DNA of 64,000 nucleotides, taken from NCBI GenBank assembly GCA_951406725.2, contig OX597814.1:9734001-9798000 (forward strand), given 5' to 3'. Positions within the stretch are counted from its first letter, which is position 1. Each line of letters opens with the position of its first letter. This DNA is from Octopus vulgaris (Eukaryota). The notes under the pieces were generated by a model. The model made no database searches, had not been told where the DNA came from, and saw nothing but the letters and a program-made list of their open reading frames with translations. Shown here in pieces: positions 14,394 to 25,795 of the stretch. A program made the translations under genes and the position numbers.

Positions 14394-14837
14394 GTTTTCA
14401 AACAGTTTCATCGTTCCCAACACAATCAAGAAGATGTACAGCTGAAACCCGAGAGCCTTTTTGGTCAGTTGAAAGCAGTTTTGGCACAAACTTGGCAGAC
14501 ACGCGCTCATACCCATATCTTCAGTCATAATGGACTGAACTGAACCGTATCTAATCTGCCCTCACAGATGCACGCACATCGATGTGTTTTTTCAATTTTG
14601 CTGGCTGCGAGTCTCCCAGAACGTTCGTCAATATCAACATTTTTTTGGCCATCTTGGAAAGGTCTAGACCACCCGTACACGTGTGTGCGGCTCATACACT
14701 CCTCTCCATACACTTTCTGCAACTTTGCGTAGGCCTCTGAGCAGGTATCACCACGACAAATTTCCTTGTCATGATTAATGCGGCGATCATACTTTACACA
14801 CAATATTCGAAGTAGTGCTGTAAACAGCGGAAGTGAG
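14394..14837 (-). pseudogene. Mariner transposase N-terminal (HTH) remnant
   Basis: GDTCSEAYAKLQKVYGEECMSRTHVYGWSRPFQDGQKNVDIDERSGR, then in shifted frames YGSVQSIMTEDMGM and RVSAKFVPKLLSTDQK (WVPHEL-like linker). Confidence 0.85.
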
Positions 14838-14851
14838 CCGGGACAAGGCAA

Positions 14852-14895
14852 CTGAAGACATATGTTTCTGAGTGTATCGCTCATCGTCAGTTCAG
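14852..14895 (-). ncRNA. Type I hammerhead ribozyme, canonical core, palindromic stem III
   Basis: CUGAA-CUGACGA-UGAGcgauacaCUCA-GAAA-CAUAUG-UC-UUCAG: stem I 5 bp, stem II 4 bp, stem III ACAUAUGU, GUC site. Confidence 0.85.
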
Positions 14896-15143
14896 GGTAG
14901 CTTGCCTCGCTCGCTGAGATGACTGCAACCTCTCTGCAAATATATCATATTATCAGTAAAATTTATTTACAGTATACGACCCCTATATCGCTTCACCACC
15001 GCTTATGTCTCTCTGAGACATTTAGAAATTCAATATTTCTAATTTCGGTGATCAGTAAATAAATTTTACTGTAAATATGATATATATTCGAAGAGGTTGC
15101 AGTCATCTCAGTGAGCGAGACTGACTACCCTGGACTGACTACC

Positions 15144-15187
15144 CTGGACTGACGACGAGCAATACACTCAGAAACATATGTCTTCAG
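15144..15187 (+). ncRNA. Type I hammerhead ribozyme (inverted partner of 14852-14895)
   Basis: CUGGA-CUGACGA-cGAGcaauacaCUCa-GAAA-CAUAUG-UC-UUCAG; G-U pair in stem I, mismatch at the base of stem II. Confidence 0.8.
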
Positions 15188-15348
15188 GTGCCTTGTCCCG
15201 GCTTGCGGGGGTGATTGCCTCCCCCTTGCAAATATAAGGACGCAGAAACTGTGTCAAAGCCGACAGGAAACGTCGATGTTTCCTAGGGCTAAATGACGGT
15301 GGTGTAATTCCCTTACGGGACTGTCACATTGAGTTGACAGTATACGAC

Positions 15349-15409
<61 letters not shown>

Positions 15410-15419
15410 GTCATCATCA

Positions 15420-15680
15420 GTTTGTATCTATGTATATGTCTTTGTGCTTGTGTTTGTCTCCCCCATCACCGCTTGACAACCGGTGTTGGTGTGTTTAAGT
15501 CCCTCGTAACTTAGCGTGGAAAGAAAGAAAGAAAGAGAGAGAGAGATCAATAGAATAAGTACCAGGCTTTAAAAAAATAAGTCCTGGGATTGATTTGTTC
15601 GGCTAGAACCCTTCAAGGCGGTGCTCCAGCATGGCTGCAGTCAAATTACTGGAAAATAAAAGAGTAAAAGGATAAAAGGA
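15420..15680 (+). mobile_element. SINE family B, 3' half
   Basis: cgcttgacaaccggtgttggtgtgttt...aggcggtgctccagcatggc...aaagagtaaaag. Confidence 0.8.
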
Positions 15681-15684
15681 TGTA

Positions 15685-15743
<59 letters not shown>

Positions 15744-17463
15744 GACTGTGTGTGCGTAATATTTGTAACCGAAGACAGAGTAAGCGCAGTAAATTAAACA
15801 ATCACCAAGATACAGAAGTCCCGGTGCACGAGAAATTAATAGAAAGTCAATTCTAGTATAGTTAACGTAGGATGTCATGAAAATTTATTTCATTAAAAAT
15901 TATATCCTTCACTATCTGAATGATAATGTTTTATGTCACAAATGACTAATTCGGGTCAAAATGACTTACGGAGACAGCCCTGTGAAATGGGCTCTAAGTT
16001 AAGCCAGTTTAATGTAAGAACTCCACCTCCTGTTAAACCATTAGGTAAGAACCCCATCAGCTCTCTGTTTTTATAATAGCAAATGCAAACACCTTCGGAG
16101 TGATGGTGAGTTTTGAAGTAGAAGTAATATCATTACTGACAGGTTTCTCTCTCTCTCTCTCTCTCTCTCTTTCGCTCTCTCCCCCTCTCTTTGTATTCCT
16201 CTTTCTGCCTCTTTCGCTCTTTGTATATCTCCCTTTTTTTTTTGTCATACCATCTATTTGCCAGTCTCTCTGTCCCAATCAAACTTCACTATCTCTGTAT
16301 CATCGTCCCTTCTCTTTTTCTCTCAGGTATCGTTTTTCTAATGTCTCTTATCAGTAATATCACAACACACAGGTCCTAAAAGTATTAAAAAAAAATATAG
16401 GGAACAAGAATTAGCATCATTTTAAAAAGATACGATTATCTTAATTCTCTCTGGGAAAGTCTTAGGTAAATTCCTTAATCCCTTGATACAATACACCAAC
16501 AGTATCACAGTTAGGCATTTCAGCTTCATTTATCAGAGCAAGAGTTTTAAATTCTGATTAATGATCTGTACAGTTTACTTGGCAAAGAGGTTAGGAGCCA
16601 GCGATCGACTCAATCTTTATTCGCCTATTCACTTTGAGAACGGAACGAATAAACCACAACTGACTATTGCTCAAACCACACTGTATGTGGATTTCGTTTC
16701 ACTTATGCCACCGCTTAATGCTTTGAATATTCCCCTACAATGTCCCTTATTTTCTTATCTTCATCCTAAATCACTAGCAAACTTTTGCACTTAACCGTCC
16801 TAGCAATTTCATTCAAATCCTCATTTTCTGGCGCGGAAGAAGGCAAAAAAAAAGAAAGAAAAAAAGGAAAAAAGAAAAAGCAAAAAGAAAAAGCAAATTG
16901 CTACGGAATATGGTGTGGTGGTGGATGATCGGAAGGTTCGTGGTGCTAGAGCAGAAGACAAAAAAGAACGAAAAGGTGGTGATGGTTGGGTGCTGTGCAG
17001 TGGTAGTAGAGTAAAATTGTCATTAGAGCTAAATCTCCGAGAGAAATAACAGAATTATTTCCTCCCTCTCAATTTTCCTCCTCTGTGATGAACGAAACGT
17101 GGCTGGCTTCTTCTCTCCTTTTCTCTTCCCTTTTTATCTCCCTTTATGCATCTCTCTCTCTTACGAATCTCTTCGCCACTAAAATCTGGAGAGCTGTCGT
17201 AATTCTCCTTGCCGGTATCGCGCATGCGTGTTTTCCTTTCTCGATCTTTTATACCCTCCCCTTACTTTCTCTCTTTTCCTACTTTGCGAGTCAGGCATCA
17301 GCAGACCGGCAGGTCGGAGGCTAAGGCTCTGGTAACAGTGATTCCTCGACAGACGGTGCGTTTGATGGCCGCGACTGGATGGTTGCTTGACACTATCAGT
17401 GTGTAAATCTTCCTGTGGATTATTGTCCGTAACGAACTGATGAACAGATAACTGAAAACGTGC

Positions 17464-17538
<75 letters not shown>

Positions 17539-18174
17539 GGGGTAGTTTCGTTTTTACTCCAACTGCAGTTTTCCATACAATTTGTTACGGCAGAACGTCG
17601 GGGATATAATGATATCATTGCTACTCTCCGTTTCTTTACGTTAATTCATGAGGGACACCAATTTGCTGAAAGGAAAGAAATCTAGAATGAAAGCAGCAAC
17701 AACAAGAGCACTACAACAACAATAACAACAACAGGAGGAAAAAGCAGAAACAACAACAACAATAATAACAGAAACCCAAATAATATCTATAATAATAAAC
17801 AATATTGGTGATGTTAATGAACATGATGTTGATTATAATAATGATGCTGATGAGGATGATAATTAATGATAACAAATAAACAAAAACGCAGCTAATAGGA
17901 ATGAAATAAAATTAATTGGCATTCTTTCAGTTTATATATTGATCAGCAATTGCTAATTGCAAAAGTTCTGCTTAAGCAGTAATCAAATAAACACAATAAA
18001 GATATCAAAATATAGAAAAAAACGAAATAAAATAACACAGAAAAAAAGAAAAAGAAAAATGCAGATTTATAGAATTCACGCTTCATGACCACCACCAAAA
18101 ATATAGAACAACATCAACAACAACAACAAAATTATGTTTTCTGTTCAATTTGTCTTCATTGCAACTTGGTATTC

Positions 18175-18530
18175 AGCGGCCGGACCAAATGCTTAGCGAC
18201 ATTTTGTCCGTCGTTAACGTTCTGAGTTCAAATTCCGCTGAGGTCGTCTATGCCGTTTATCCTTTCGGGACCGTTCAAGAATTTGGACCTGGAGATCTCC
18301 ATTTCCAGTGACTTCGAGGGCCACCTCCCTGTGGTGTTGGGCGTCAACGAAGAGCCCTCGATTACAAGACGACTAAAGTTTTCTTTTTCCAAGGTCTGGG
18401 GTCTCCCGCCCCTAATCCCTAGACCATCACCCTTACCCGCCTTGTTGCTTAACAAAAAAAAAATCCTTTGGGGTTCGATGAAATCAGTACCAGCCCAAGA
18501 ACTGGGGTCGGATCGTGTTAAAACGTCTTC
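18175..18530 (+). mobile_element. SINE family A interrupted by a ~195-bp poly(A)-ended insert
   Basis: The SINE core is split at atcctttcggg (18259-18269) / atcctttgggg (18463-18473), with A10 at 18454-18463. Confidence 0.7.
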
Positions 18531-18854
18531 CAACCACTTGAAGTATCAATTTTTCACAAGATATATTTTTTTCACATTTATCTCTGTATTATTAATTTCT
18601 AGGTAAAAAAAAGAAGAAACAAATGCGATTTTCATCATTAGCATGCAAAAATATATATATTTTGAAAATAATGGGGTGAAAATATCTTATACTTCAAGCA
18701 GGAAGAAATTTAGCAAGAGCCCTGAGGTGGTTATAATTGTCTAGCCCCTTCCGCAAAGCTTCAAGCTATAGTAGAAATTAATCCTATAGTAGAAAGGATT
18801 AATATTTTTATATTATTAACTGAAAAAAATACAAAAAAAAAAAAAACATAGATA

Positions 18855-19014
18855 AGCGTGGCTGTGTGCTAAGAAGTGCGTTTCTCAATCACATAGCTTC
18901 TGTTTCAGTTCCTTTGCGTTGCACCGTGGGCAAGTGTCTTCTACTATAGTCTTGTACCTACCAAAAGTTTGCGAATAGATTTGGTAGACAGAAACTGAAA
19001 GAAGCCCATCGTAT

Positions 19015-19070
<56 letters not shown>

Positions 19071-19521
19071 ATATATATATATGTGTATGTATGTTGTCTT
19101 GGTGTTTGTCTTCAACTACTGTGTAACAACCAGTGTTAGTTTGTTTACGTTCCCGTAATTTAACGGTTTGACAGAAGAGCCCGATAGAATTAGTTCTACG
19201 CTTATCAAAAAACATAAGAAGGAGGGTCAATTCGTTCGACTAAAACCCTTCAAGTTGGTTCTCCAGCATGACCTTAGTCTATTGATTGAGACAAGTAAAA
19301 GGCGTGGCTGTGTAGTAAGAAGCTAGCATTCCAACCACATGGTTCTGGGTTCAGTCCCACTGCGTGGCACTTGGGGCGAGTGTCTTCTACTATATCCTCG
19401 GGTCGATCAAAGCCTTGCGAGTGGATTTGGTAGACGAAAACTGAAAGAAGCCCGTCGTATATATTCAAGCGGTGGTGGTGGTGAGTAGGACAGACAGACA
19501 CAAAGACACACATATAGAAAT

Positions 19522-19566
<45 letters not shown>

Positions 19567-19902
19567 CATATATACGATGGGCCTCTTTCAGTTTCCCTCT
19601 ACCAAATCCACTCACAAGGCTTTGGTAGGGCCGAGGCTATAGTAGAAGACACTTGCCCAAGGTGCCACGCAGTGGGTCTGAACCCGGAACCATGTGGCTG
19701 GGAAGCAAGCTTCTTACCACAGATCCATGCCTATGCCTATATACTTTTATTCTTTTATTCTTTTGACTGCAGCCATGCTGGAGCATCGCTTTTAGTCGAA
19801 CAGATCAACTCCAGGACTTATTCTTTTACTGAAACGCTAAGTTAGGGGGGCATAAACGTATGTAAACACACAAGCTTCTTACCACATAGCCACTCCTGCG
19901 CC
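18855..19902. mobile_element. Cluster of four SINE family B copies (CORE-like): + 18855-19300, + 19301-19460, - 19466-19738, - 19745-19902
   Basis: Head gtggctgtgtggtaagaag, ggttcagtcccactgcgtggcac, CORE-like gggcaagtgtcttctactatag, ggatttggtagacggaaactgaaagaagccc. Confidence 0.85.
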
Positions 19903-20506
19903 TTTTACAATATACATAAAATTGCAGTGTAAATGACCATAAATTGATATCTGCTCTTATAGTAGTTATTTAACTCCAGGTTAGCCCCGATTGAGAGGAT
20001 ATACGGACTAATGCAATTCCTCTATAACTTGTTTTTTATTTAGAGAATGTAGCCTTGTGTGGAATTATGGAAATTTGGTATTTTTTGTAGACTGGGAGAC
20101 GATGTAGAATCTTCCATGTTGATTTGTTCTGATATTAGTCAAATAACAGAGCAATACTGTTGACTGAAAACAAAATGGCGGTTACACTGAATTCCGATAA
20201 CTAGCATATAGATCTGATTATTATTATTCCGAAATTAGGTAATAAGTTTTATATTGCCTCTCATTTCCCCATGTCGCTAACATATAACCACATATATACA
20301 TATTTTCATTCATATATTCATATGCACTTATATATATATATATACACATACACACATATGCGTATGTATGTATGTATGTATGCATGTATGTATGTATGTA
20401 TGTATGTATGTATGTATGTATGTATGTATGTATGTATGTATGTATGTATGTATTAGAATAAGAAATACAAAATCCTTGGTACTGTATTATATATTTGAAA
20501 AAAGGA

Positions 20507-20617
20507 ATAGAAACAGCATTTCTGATAATTTTCCCACTTTAACAAGATGTTTATAAGTTTAAACTTATAAAAATATAATTATTAAAGTGGAAAACTTATC
20601 AGAAATGCCATTTCTAT
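20507..20617. repeat. ~110-bp imperfect palindrome
   Basis: gcatttctgataattttcccactttaa versus ttaaagtggaaaacttatcagaaatgc, centre tttataagtttaaacttataaa. Confidence 0.75.
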
Positions 20618-20626
20618 ACACACACA

Positions 20627-20678
<52 letters not shown>

Positions 20679-20679
<1 letters not shown>

Positions 20680-21383
20680 TACTCTTTTACCATGGTCCTA
20701 CTGATTTTCTCAACCTGAAGCGTTTCACATCACCACTCTGTCACAGCTATTGGCCCATTTGGTGTATAAGGGAGTTTGATTCGTCTGTACCTCATGTTGG
20801 GCTACTGATTCATCCGGTATCGTGGAGAGAAGAATGTCTAGTTCCATTTTGAAGACACCTTATTTCCACCTTATGAAGATTTCTTGATATTTGTGTCAGG
20901 GCATTGAAAAACAGTGGGTCTTTGAACCCTAGGCTATTGCAGTATCTGGCCCAGAATTTAGATGGAGTTCATGGTACCATTGGTACAATACAATGGCGGC
21001 CAGTTCTGTCATTTGTATAATACTCAATGCCGAAATAGGATATTAGTCCTTGCAGAGTTTTCCATATATAAATTATTACATAGATGTCGCACCTTCTCTC
21101 CAGAGAGTAAAATTGCATTTCTTTCAGCTTATCCCTGTGGTTCATCCGTTGCTCTGTTTCAAGATTTTTAGTGTGGTAATATTAGACTGATTTATGCTCC
21201 GTTGTTGATTTGGAACGTGATGACCATAACTGGGAGCAGTAGTCCAGGCCGTTGAGAACAAACGTTCTTTCCACAGGGTCAACATAGTTTCTTGGTCTCT
21301 TGTCTTGAAGGATCTCAGTATCCATCCTGTCAGTTGTCTGCACTTTGCTGCCATCTTGGTAATGTGCATATAAAATGATGCAT

Positions 21384-21385
<2 letters not shown>
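20679..21385 (-). pseudogene. CR1/L2-group LINE 3' fragment (C-terminal ORF2 and 3' tail)
   Basis: DASFYMHITKMAAKCRQLTGWILRSFKTRDQETMLTLWK, LDYCSQLWS, YSLERRCDIYVIIYIWK, FKMELDILLSTIPDE, SNSLIHQ; tail gtaaaagagtaa. Confidence 0.88.
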
Positions 21386-21432
<47 letters not shown>

Positions 21433-21439
21433 GTTTAGA

Positions 21440-21810
21440 TTGTGTGGTAAGAAGATTGCATCACAACCACATGGTTCCAGGTTCAGTTCCACTGTGTGAA
21501 ATCTTGAGCAAATGTCCTATGCTATAGCCTCGTGCCGTCTAAAGCCTTGTGAGTGGAATTGATTGATGGAAACTGAAAGAAGCCTGTCGTATGTGTGTAT
21601 GTGTGCGTCCCACCGCCGCTTGGAAACCGTTGCTGGTGTGTGTACGTCCCGTAAGCTAGCAGTTCGGCCAATGAGTCCGATAAAATAAATACCAGGCTTA
21701 AGAAAACGAAGAAAGAAACAGATTGCAGTCGATTCATAAACAAAAAATTCTTCAAAGCAGTGTCCGAGCATGGCCGCAGTCTAATGACTGAAACAAATAA
21801 AAGGTAAAAA
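21440..21810 (+). mobile_element. SINE family B
   Basis: Diverged full-length copy of the family B consensus. Confidence 0.8.
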
Positions 21811-21825
21811 TATATTACACATGCG

Positions 21826-21899
<74 letters not shown>

Positions 21900-21921
21900 C
21901 GTACACACACATACAAATATA

Positions 21922-21963
<42 letters not shown>

Positions 21964-21965
21964 CA

Positions 21966-22274
21966 TACTCTTTACTCTTTTACTTGTTTCAGTCATTTGA
22001 CTGTGGCCATGCTGGAACACCGCCTTTTGTCGAGCAAATCGACCACAGGACTTATTCTTTGTAAGCCTAGTACTTATTCTATCGGTCTCTTTTGCCGAAC
22101 CGCTAAGTTACGACGGGCTTCTTTCAGTTTCCGTCTACCAAATCCACTCACAAGGCTTTGGTCGGCCCGAGGCTATAGTAGAAGACACTTGCCCAAGATG
22201 CCACGCAGTGGGACTGAACCTGGAACCATGTGGTTCGCAAGCAAGCTACTTACCACACAGCCACTCCTACGCCT
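21966..22274 (-). mobile_element. SINE family B, internally deleted
   Basis: The 3' and 5' halves join directly at gctaagttacg|acgggcttc, so the central microsatellite segment is missing. Confidence 0.85.
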
Positions 22275-23379
22275 ATATATATACATACACACGCGCGCAC
22301 GCATGCACACTCATACACATAAAGGAAAAGAAGGTAGTCAGGATTTGGATAAAAACTGTTTAATTAGCGCGTTCGTCCCTTCCAGGTTAATTCTTATACA
22401 GTCGTGCGTTTACGCAGCATTGTGTACTCATGACCAAAATCTCGTATCTCATAAGCGAAGAATGGAATCTGAACGAATTCATTCGAACCAAATTCGAAGT
22501 TCGACGACAAATAGCTGCCATGTTTCCCTCGACTCATACCGTACTGTCTTTAGAACAGAAAAAAAAAAGGGCGCAAGGGTCAATGAATTAGCTAAATATA
22601 CAAAAAGCCATGATGGTCATAATTAGAATGCCTTTGATTGTATATATATCTAAAGATTTCCTCTATCAGTCCTGACATGGAGCGCTAAAGAAGAACAACA
22701 ACAACAGCAGTAGCAGTAGCAGGAACAACAACAACAGCAGCAACAACACCATCAGCAGCAAGAACAACAACGCTCCATCAACACAGCATCATCACAGGTC
22801 ACAGTTATAAATCAGTACGCTTCAGAATGCTATTGCTACTCCATATTCATGAAAAAGTAGAAATGGAGAAATGAGTTGGCATTCTTAATGTGGGATATGA
22901 AAATATCAATTAATTACGATTGATACTAATCTACAATAGATCGCTCTACTGGGCTTGGAAGCTATTGGTATTTGTTTAAAGTAGAGCTTTTTCTCTCTTA
23001 AACTGCTGAAGGTGGTGGTGATTGCGCGAAATTTTGCGGTCTCTGTAATATGTCTGTATGTATGTGTATGTTCGCAAAAATATTCAGCGCCGATATATGT
23101 AAGAATGAATGCAATACGTCTCCCATTTGCGAATTATTGTATTAATGTATGCGTAAATGACACATCACTGTATTATGGTATTTGTTTATCAAATAAACTA
23201 TCTAGTCATCAATCAGGTTATCTAGTACTTCCACTAACATATTGCGTATGCATGTATGTACGTTACGTATGTGTGAATGTATGTATGTATGTATGTATGT
23301 TGGTAGGTAGGTTAGGACCTTCATACATATGTACGTGTGTAAGTAGGCATGTATCTGACTAGTTCTGTGCCAGCTTGAC

Positions 23380-23730
<351 letters not shown>

Positions 23731-24244
23731 GTCTTGCTGCTTACTAGCTCTCGCAATTTTCCTCAAAATATTAGCTAAGTAACATTAGCACATTATTGAG
23801 CATTTCAAAGGCGTATCTGAGCTTTTCCTACTCAAAATACACAATCAGAAAGAAAGTTAATTTAAAAGAAATACTATAAGTCGTTTCTAGCTGATAATAT
23901 TTGGGCCTTAGTTATCTAGTTCTTGTCACGTGAATCCTTTGGCAAAGTAGTAACAGCATTTGGTTCTATACATGCCCATCATTGTAGAAGAGTTTTAACA
24001 TCAAGTTGGTGGTGGTCTGTAGGATTTGAGAGTTCAATTACGTCACCTCATGACGTATTACCTGGCGAAGAAACTGGTTTGGCATTGTGAAGTTACATGT
24101 ACTTTTGTGCGTTAAGTATAGCTGCAAAATACTGGGTAATAGCAATTGAAGGTGACAGAACACGGAAAGGAAATAGTCTTAATGTGGGCTAACGAGGATT
24201 GTATATCTCACAACTGTGCGTGCGCCAACTATGAACATCTACAG

Positions 24245-24463
24245 CAGTGCTTTTCAAACTTTTTGCTGGAGCGGAACCCCAAGGAAACATTCCACTGGCT
24301 CGAGGAACCCCTGTGCAATAATTTAATAGTCTTATGCACACATATCTGCACAGGAGACTTAAAAATTACTGCTGATTTTAGCAGTTTTGTAACTTCTTGC
24401 GGAACCCCTGGACTGTACTGGCGGAACCCTAAGGTTCCGCGGAATCCTGGTTGAAAACCACTG
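24245..24463. mobile_element. hAT (Charlie-like) MITE
   Basis: TIRs cagtgcttttcaa / ttgaaaaccactg and a perfect 8-bp TSD atctacag (24237-24244, 24464-24471). Confidence 0.88.
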
Positions 24464-25579
24464 ATCTACAGCTGGGTCCTTCATTACTTATTGAGAGTTT
24501 GTAAATTCTAGCTCACATTTGTGAGAAACAGCATATACTAAAACGGCCTGCATTATACATCGCCAAGAAAACAGTTATAGGCTATTCTGGCCTTAAAGAT
24601 ACACCGTGTTAATGAATTTGAAATCATTCACCACTGATAACTCGGATAGACAATGTTGCTCTTGTTGGACTCCGCATAATCGCGAACAGCTGCTTATAGA
24701 TAAATGAGGTGAAGTTTACTTTATCCTGGGATACTAATTTCATTGCATACAATAGAGAAATGATGGCACTTTTACTATTTAGAATAGTTGAAAACCAATG
24801 TGAAACCTGCTTAAAGTGAAGAAATATTTTAGTTGAACAGTAATTCTATTTTTCCGAAGCAAGTTACAGTTCAAATGAAAATAATAAATATAGTTTTTCG
24901 TAATTTATTGTATTCTGTGCCAGTGAATATACGCTTCTGTGTGTTTACTTAACGATTCGATGGCTAAAACTTCGGAAACAATGATTCGCTAAAAATTCGA
25001 ACACGAGCTTCCATAAGAATATGTCAAAAGTTGGCTTTTATTGTAGCAAATTAAAAAATAATAGAAAAGAAAAGAAGGAACAGTGGCTTACCAGGTAATG
25101 CTGTATCTATTTAATTTTTAACTGATTCATATTATAAGCATTGAATAGACTTTTAACCTCTTCAGTGTGATGTTCTGAAGTGTGAGCGTGAGTCTAGTTT
25201 CCAGACAAATAAAATATTAGCAGAAATCTTTGGATTTAAAGACAAAGAATTTGGTGTTGCTAGCCAATCATCTCTTTCAGCAGATCTCATCGTATGTATG
25301 TATGTATGTATGTATGTATGTATGTATGTATGTATGTATGTATGTATGTATGTACATGCGTGCATGTGTGTATGTATGTACGTATGTGTGTGAGTGTGTG
25401 TGTTTGTGTGTGTATTGACTAAAATCTTACTCCTCTTTAAACAAGCTCCATCTTCTTCATCATCGCTGGCTCTAGTAGAGCACTGATCACATTATTTGAA
25501 ACTGAGATGCAGCGACAGGATTTTGTTATCATGTTGAGGACCATAACAGAATCCGAATCTGAAGAATAATTTTTAATAT

Positions 25580-25795
25580 AGGTTTCAAAATTTTTGGTGC
25601 AAGGCCAGCAATTTTGTGGGGAACAGGTCAATGATTACATCGACCCCAGTGCTCAACTGATATTATGTTATCGACCCCGAAAAGATGAAAGGCAAAGCTG
25701 ACCTCGGCGGAATTTGAACTCAGAACGTAAAGACGGACGAAATGCTGCTAAGCATTTTGCCAGGCGTGCTAACGCTTCTGCCAGCCCGCTGCTTT
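25580..25795 (-). mobile_element. SINE family A
   Basis: gacctcggcggaatttgaactcagaacgtaaagacggacgaaatg. A further decayed copy lies at ~26020-26180. Confidence 0.8.

Larger units (their letters stand above)
14836..15356 (+). mobile_element. Non-coding HHR element: 368-bp terminally redundant unit with inverted 5' copy (Penelope pLTR/retrozyme-like)
   Basis: Inverted arms ~14836-14970 and ~15055-15203. Direct repeat acagtatacgacc(c/a)ctatat at 14969 and 15337. Ends in (TA)n. Confidence 0.75.

Noticed and set aside
17438-17465. CTGATGA...GAAA motif
   Set aside because: No stem I complement and only a 2-bp stem II.
21997-22626. 209-aa ORF
   Set aside because: The first half is an antisense SINE B translation that recurs at 29518, 59685 and 62683; the rest is unrecognisable.
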